Shown here: one piece after another, positions 58,655-64,000 of the stretch | How the letters are laid out: each line of letters begins with the position of its first letter | Numbering within the stretch: position 1 is the stretch's first letter | Assembly: GCA_965226555.1 (NCBI GenBank) | Contig: CBDDDG010000012.1 | Location: 96,001 to 160,000 of the forward strand | Source: Salinispira sp. | GTDB lineage: Bacteria; Spirochaetota; Spirochaetia; DSM-27196; Salinispiraceae | DNA length: 64,000 bases | Direction: 5' to 3' | Notes under the pieces: model-generated | What the model was told of the DNA's origin: nothing | Seen by the model: only the letters and a program-made list of their open reading frames with translations | Databases searched by the model: none | Made by a program: the position numbers and the translations under genes

Positions 58655-60411
58655 TCATGTCCACTAAAGCGAATGCTCCTCTTATCATTAACAATGATCA
58701 AAGTATTCTTCTTGATCTCCATGCTTCTCAGGTCGAGCAGGCCCGTAAGGCAATTGCCCCCTTCGCTGAACTGGAAAAATCGCCTACGCACATACACACC
58801 TATCGGCTCAGTCGGCTTTCATTATGGAACGCTGCGGCAGCCGCCTATGATACCCGAAAAATTCTTTCCCGGCTCACCACATACAGCCGCTATCCACTCC
58901 CTCCGGATCTGGAGCATAAAATTGATGAAATTATGGGGCGCTACGGCATGCTCGTTCTGGTACGGTCCGATAATACCCCCTCAGCACATTCAAAAAAACT
59001 CCCCCTCATCCTCCGAGTACATGACGACTTCCTCTTTCAGACCCTGAAAAATAACAAAAACCTCAGCGCCTTCATTGTGCCGACATCCGCCGCCGCCAAT
59101 CCGACATCCGCCGCCAATCCGACATCCGCCGCCGCCACGACATCCGCCGCCGCCACGACATCCGAAAGCACATCCTTCTTTGTTTCCCCAATGTATCGGG
59201 GAAAGATAAAGCAGAAACTCATGGAATTAGGATATCCGGTAAAGGATCTCATTCCACTTCGGGATGGCCCGCCCTGCGACATACACCTCAACCCGGGCGT
59301 CCAACAACGTGATTATCAGATACAGGCAGTCGATGCCTTTCTTGGCAACCTTGAAGAAGGAACCGGATACGGCACCATTGTTCTTCCCTGCGGAAGTGGA
59401 AAAACCGTTGTCGGCATTGAGGTAATGTGCAAACTCAAAACATCCACCCTCATCCTCTGCCCGAACATTTCAGCCCTTCATCAATGGAAACGGGAATTAC
59501 TTGAAAAAACAACTCTGTCTGAAGAAGACATCGGTGAATACAGCGCGCGGAAAAAGGAAATTCGCCCCATAACCATCAGCACATATCAAATACTTATCTG
59601 GCGGCCGCATAAGCACGGAGATTTTCCTCATTTTGATCTCATTACTCATTACAGCTGGGGGCTGATAATCTACGATGAAGTTCATCTGCTTCCCGCTCCG
59701 ATATTCAGCATTACCACCGAGGTTCAGGCTGTACGGCGGCTCGGATTAACCGCGACCCTCATACGTGAAGACGGCAGGGAACACGAAGTATTCTCGCTGG
59801 TTGGACCCAAGCGCTTTGATGTTCCATGGAAGGACCTTGAGGGCCGCGGCTGGATTTCCGAAGCAATTTGCAAGGAAATTCGTGTTGAATTACCCGCCGA
59901 TCTTCAGGCCGACTACGCATTAGCTGAAAAACGGAAAAAATACCGTATTGCCAGTGAAAACCCCCGGAAACTTACTGTTCTCGATTATCTTGTTCATCAC
60001 CATTCACAGGATCAGATTCTTGTTATCGGACAATATCTTGATCAACTCCATACTGTTCAAAAACGACTGAAGGCTCCCATCATCACCGGAAAGACCCCAA
60101 CGACAGTACGAAACGACCTGTATGAACAATTCAGAAACAATCACATCCGTATTCTCATTGCATCGAAAATTGCCAATTTTGCCATTGATCTGCCGGATGC
60201 CTCAGTTGCCATTCAAATTTCGGGCACCTTTGGTTCCCGTCAGGAAGAAGCCCAACGCCTCGGAAGAATTTTACGCCCAAAAAAGCATTCCGCCTATTTT
60301 TATACTCTTATTTCACGCTATACTACAGAAGAAGAGTTTGGCATTAATCGTCAGAAATTCCTTGCTGAGCAGGGATATTCCTATTTTCTGGAATTGTGGG
60401 AAAATGAATAA
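58651..60411 (+). CDS. XPB/Rad25-like DNA helicase
   Basis: AELEKSP.HIHTY, RDYQ, VLPCGSGKT, DEVH, GLTAT, QRLGRILRPK. Confidence 0.93.
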   Translation: MIMSTKANAPLIINNDQSILLDLHASQVEQARKAIAPFAELEKSPTHIHTYRLSRLSLWNAAAAAYDTRKILSRLTTYSRYPLPPDLEHKIDEIMGRYGMLVLVRSDNTPSAHSKKLPLILRVHDDFLFQTLKNNKNLSAFIVPTSAAANPTSAANPTSAAATTSAAATTSESTSFFVSPMYRGKIKQKLMELGYPVKDLIPLRDGPPCDIHLNPGVQQRDYQIQAVDAFLGNLEEGTGYGTIVLPCGSGKTVVGIEVMCKLKTSTLILCPNISALHQWKRELLEKTTLSEEDIGEYSARKKEIRPITISTYQILIWRPHKHGDFPHFDLITHYSWGLIIYDEVHLLPAPIFSITTEVQAVRRLGLTATLIREDGREHEVFSLVGPKRFDVPWKDLEGRGWISEAICKEIRVELPADLQADYALAEKRKKYRIASENPRKLTVLDYLVHHHSQDQILVIGQYLDQLHTVQKRLKAPIITGKTPTTVRNDLYEQFRNNHIRILIASKIANFAIDLPDASVAIQISGTFGSRQEEAQRLGRILRPKKHSAYFYTLISRYTTEEEFGINRQKFLAEQGYSYFLELWENE

Positions 60412-62425
60412 AACAATCAATCCGGTAAACAACAAATTATGGAAAGATTTCCTTGTTACCATTTCCGATGAGGATTTTTTCAACATTATCCGAAACTATC
60501 TCGGTCCGGTACAGACTCCCTACAATAAACACGACCTAATAGAAAAACTCTGTTTGTTTATTCAGCGTGATGAAATTCAGCAGCTCATTCTGGATCAGGT
60601 CGATACAGCCGATATGGAATTGCTTTCAGTAATTGATGTACTCGGCGCAAAATCCATAGAACAATTATGTACATTTTTTGATACCATATATTCACAGCGA
60701 AGCATATATTCCCGTTTACTGAACCTCTTTGATCGCCTGCTTATCCTCCGGCATCCGGAACATCGGCAATTTGTGCTCAACCCCTATTTCAGGGCTGGTC
60801 TGATTTCACGGGGTCTTGGAAAATTAACTCCACCCGAAAGTACAGCGCATGTCGATGGAAAAACCATCTGGTTTAACGATAACATTGTTATTGCAGCTCT
60901 TTCAATTATAAAAGAGCAGCAGGAGACGGTATGCGCGAGCGGATCACTCAAAAAAACGCTTGTTTCCCGTTTCAAACAAACCGTTGCCGCTGCCTCAGGC
61001 TGGACAGCCGAAGAAATGGGTATTTTTAATATAAGCCTCTGCTTTCTCGGATTACTTGAACGTAAGAATCAGAACTGTATAGTACATTTTCCACACTGGA
61101 AAACATTCAGCATCCTTTCTTTTCAGCAACGCTTTTCGTATTACTGTGCATCGTATATTGTCGCCATGCACTATGGTCAGAAATATACTGAGCAGATTAC
61201 TACCATGCCCATTTTCCAGATTAGCGAACACATACAGCCGACGGCGGAACTCCTTCACCCATTCATTCAGAGCTTGAAACCCACCGTAAAATACAGCCGG
61301 ATCATGCTTAGACAGATAATTACCCTGCATGAGGCAAAGGCATTGTTTCCCATTGAAACCATTCTTAGCGGACTCATGAATCTTTCAATTATTATTCAGC
61401 ATGAAGATGGTTTTGTGGTAAATCCTGAACTCAAAAACTTTCTCGAAAACAATCCTGAACATAGTCATTCTTCGCTGAATGTCCATAGCGATTATAACAT
61501 TACGGTTCATCCCCGGGCAGATTTTTCCGAAAAAATAACAATTGCCTCTATGTGCCATTTACGGATATGCGATAATGTCTGCCGTTTTGAATTAACCAGA
61601 GAATCGGTTTTTTCCGGGCTTGCTCTGGGTATAAAGCGGGGAGAGTTTTTACAAATCCTGCAGAGACTGGATAACACTATTCCGCAGAATATCAGTTTCA
61701 GCATTGAAAATTGGGAGAATGAATATTTCACCGTTAACATTCAGGCCGGATATCTTTTAAAAGTAGATAAAAATGCCGCATTGGTTCAAAATCTTGCTGT
61801 CAGGCTGAAATGTGTGGAAGATCTTGGAAATGGCAATTTTTTGTTCCCCGCCGACGATCTCCAATGGATTGAGGTACTTGAGGATGCAGGCTTTGCGATA
61901 AGAAAATTATTTAATTCAGTTGTTAATACATATGATCCTCCCCTGCCCCCGCTTACCCCCTTCACCGAGAAACCCTTCCCGAAAATTCATCGGGAAGCAG
62001 ATAGATCGCAGCAGCGTGAACAGCAAAAGCGCTCAGCGCAGCGCAGGCATGAACTTGAACAGCAGGTTGAGGAACTGAATTTTACCGAAGATCAGAAAAC
62101 CGATCTCAAACGGCGAATTCAGGATGGCCTTCTTCTCATTCCTGAGCAGTTTGAAACAGCAGCCCGAACAGAAATTACCGAGGCAAGCGGTCTGAATTAC
62201 GGAGCGAAGATGAGGCTTATTGAAACAGCCATAAAAAAAGGAAATATGCTCGAAATATCTATTACCGGCTCAAAAGAAATTTTTCTGGTCAGACCCGTCC
62301 ACATTACAAAAAATTCCCGATCCGACATATTACATGCCGTACAATACGAGGAAGAAATAGATATATATGTTGAAAAAATGCGTCATATAAAACGTTTAAG
62401 CAATAATCTTTTTAATTCTATCTAA
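60404..62425 (+). CDS. XPB-associated (Helicase_C_3-like) protein
   Basis: Overlaps the XPB stop; FELTRESV...IPQNISFSIENW resembles the XPB N-terminal domain. Confidence 0.65.
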   Translation: MNKTINPVNNKLWKDFLVTISDEDFFNIIRNYLGPVQTPYNKHDLIEKLCLFIQRDEIQQLILDQVDTADMELLSVIDVLGAKSIEQLCTFFDTIYSQRSIYSRLLNLFDRLLILRHPEHRQFVLNPYFRAGLISRGLGKLTPPESTAHVDGKTIWFNDNIVIAALSIIKEQQETVCASGSLKKTLVSRFKQTVAAASGWTAEEMGIFNISLCFLGLLERKNQNCIVHFPHWKTFSILSFQQRFSYYCASYIVAMHYGQKYTEQITTMPIFQISEHIQPTAELLHPFIQSLKPTVKYSRIMLRQIITLHEAKALFPIETILSGLMNLSIIIQHEDGFVVNPELKNFLENNPEHSHSSLNVHSDYNITVHPRADFSEKITIASMCHLRICDNVCRFELTRESVFSGLALGIKRGEFLQILQRLDNTIPQNISFSIENWENEYFTVNIQAGYLLKVDKNAALVQNLAVRLKCVEDLGNGNFLFPADDLQWIEVLEDAGFAIRKLFNSVVNTYDPPLPPLTPFTEKPFPKIHREADRSQQREQQKRSAQRRHELEQQVEELNFTEDQKTDLKRRIQDGLLLIPEQFETAARTEITEASGLNYGAKMRLIETAIKKGNMLEISITGSKEIFLVRPVHITKNSRSDILHAVQYEEEIDIYVEKMRHIKRLSNNLFNSI

Positions 62426-62584
62426 TGCCCGATGCCAAAAATTCCCCAGCGGTGGTGCGCTTATGGTTGAATTCGCCCAATTTTCATGTAGCAGTTGATA
62501 TTTCCGATACTTTGTAGTAGTCTTTAAGAAAGGTTTCAGCGCGTATTCGCAATGAAACATATTTTTATGAAAAGGAGTATTAAA

Positions 62585-64000
62585 ATGATGTTTAATCTTT
62601 TTAATCCACTACGAAAGTTATGGGGGGGGGGACGTCCTCTGTATTGATTATAATGAGCGTGGTTCTCGTTGCCGTGCTTGCCGGATGTCCGGGGCCAGAT
62701 CCTGTTCCGGGAGGTGATCCTGATCCTGTCACTGTTCCTGCCGCGCCGGCTACTCCCGCCCTCAATGTGGGGAACGCCGCGCTGACTGTTACATGGGCAG
62801 CGCCCGATAACGGCGGCAGCGAAATTACCGAGTACCATGTGCAGCACAAAGAAAGCACCGCAGACTGGCCAGCGGACGGCACAACCGATACCGCCGCTAT
62901 CGGCGGTACTGTAACAAGCCACACCATTACCGAACTCAACAACACGACCAGTTACGATGTGCGGGTGCGCGCGGTCAATGCGCAGGGCGCGGGGAACTGG
63001 TCGACATCTTCCGCTGCAACACCAAGCGCATCCCATCCTCCAGCGCCGAATACGCCCACCCTTGTTGCGGGGAAAGGGAAGCTAACTGTTACTTGGGAAA
63101 TGCCGACTATTGCCGCTGGTGCCAGCGCCATTACCACGTACCATGTGCAGCACAAACTAAGCACCGTAGGCTGGCCAACGGACGACTCAACGGATACCGC
63201 CACTATTAATGACGGCACTGCTGCACGCCACATCATTTCCGGGCTGATAGGCGGCAGTTCGTACGATGTACGGGTGCGCGCAGAAAACGAGGATGAATTG
63301 CTTGGCGCATGGTCGCAGCCTGCCACTGCAACCCCTCTCTCAACTTCCACTGTTCCTGCCGCGCCAACTGCTCCCACCCTCAATGTGGGGAACGCTTCGC
63401 TTAGGGTTACATGGGTAGCGCCCGATGACGGCGGCAGCGCCATTACCGGGTATCACCTTCGCCATAGCGCGGACGGCGGAACCTCATGGACGCCTATTAC
63501 CTCCGGCATCACCGGCACAAGCCACACCATTACTGGGCTGACAAACGGCGCCAGCTACCACGTACAGGTACGCGCCGTTAACGCTGTGGGCGATGGCGCA
63601 TGGTCATTATCCGCAACGGAAACGCCGGCACTAATAATTTCATCGACACAGACTCCCGCGGGTACGGCAGCGACGGTAAACCTTTCGGCTGCCGCTAATG
63701 CCATTATTACCAATGAGAGCCCAACTGTTGCTTTGACCGTGGTGGAACCGGGCACTCTCGCGGTTACTGAATCAGCCATTACGGTAACCGCCGCAACTGC
63801 GCCCTCAGGGGTTACCGTTCCGACAGTTAATGCGAGTACCGGAGATGTTACGGTTGCTACAAGTACAACGGCAGGAACATATCTGGTATATGGCAGCAAA
63901 TCCGGAAACATACTGTTTGCCGAGTATTTCTATGTTACCGTGAGTCCTGCTGATAACGCTGCACTGGACACAGCGGTAGCTGCGGGAATAAGTAATTGGG
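62585..64000 (+). CDS. FN3-domain lipoprotein (paralog of 30057-31634), frameshifted at a G10 tract, 3' end beyond window
   Basis: RBS AAGGAG + ATG 62585; G10 at 62622-62631; frame from 62641 open to the edge with lipobox LAGC, three FN3 domains and shared TTAGTYLVYG...FYVTVSP. Confidence 0.85.

Noticed and set aside
60122..60403. Long overlap of the 767-aa ORF with XPB
   Set aside because: ATG 60404 overlapping the XPB stop is the more plausible start.

Overview
Chromosomal window of a flagellated spirochaete (Spirochaetales-like rpmH tail, fliS/flgN, XPB pair, gene order), probably host-associated given its ankyrin and FN3/BspA lipoproteins (inference). The left end is the origin-proximal cluster lysA-gcvH-jag-yidC-rnpA-rpmH-dciA-recF-dnaN, followed by an oriC-like unwinding module. 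dnaA is absent: its usual position is occupied by a defence island (Wadjet jetABCD, a 5'-truncated Fic gene, an IS end, three tandem Rpn/YhgA genes). The rest is mostly housekeeping (gatCAB-aspS, SPFH pair, malQ, purU, sucA, polA-coaE, cysE, PPIase, XPB), plus tRNA-Ala(GGC), one full IS481-like element and more Rpn genes. Two signals stand out. (1) Five paralogous Rpn genes all carry a lesion in the nuclease region (catalytic-position Asp->Ala, mini-element insertions, frameshift, IS truncation), while each keeps an intact C-terminal mini-ORF with its own RBS and a swappable tail, as in the RpnS intragenic antitoxins. (2) A family of modular, TA-flanked hairpin mini-elements (27-172 bp) shows covarying stems and flipped loops, inserts in frame into two signal peptides while supplying a new ATG, and disrupts the Rpn nucleases. 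Also seen: a G10 tract frameshifting a surface lipoprotein and an 18-bp target duplication around the IS. All calls are from reading the sequence; no searches were run.
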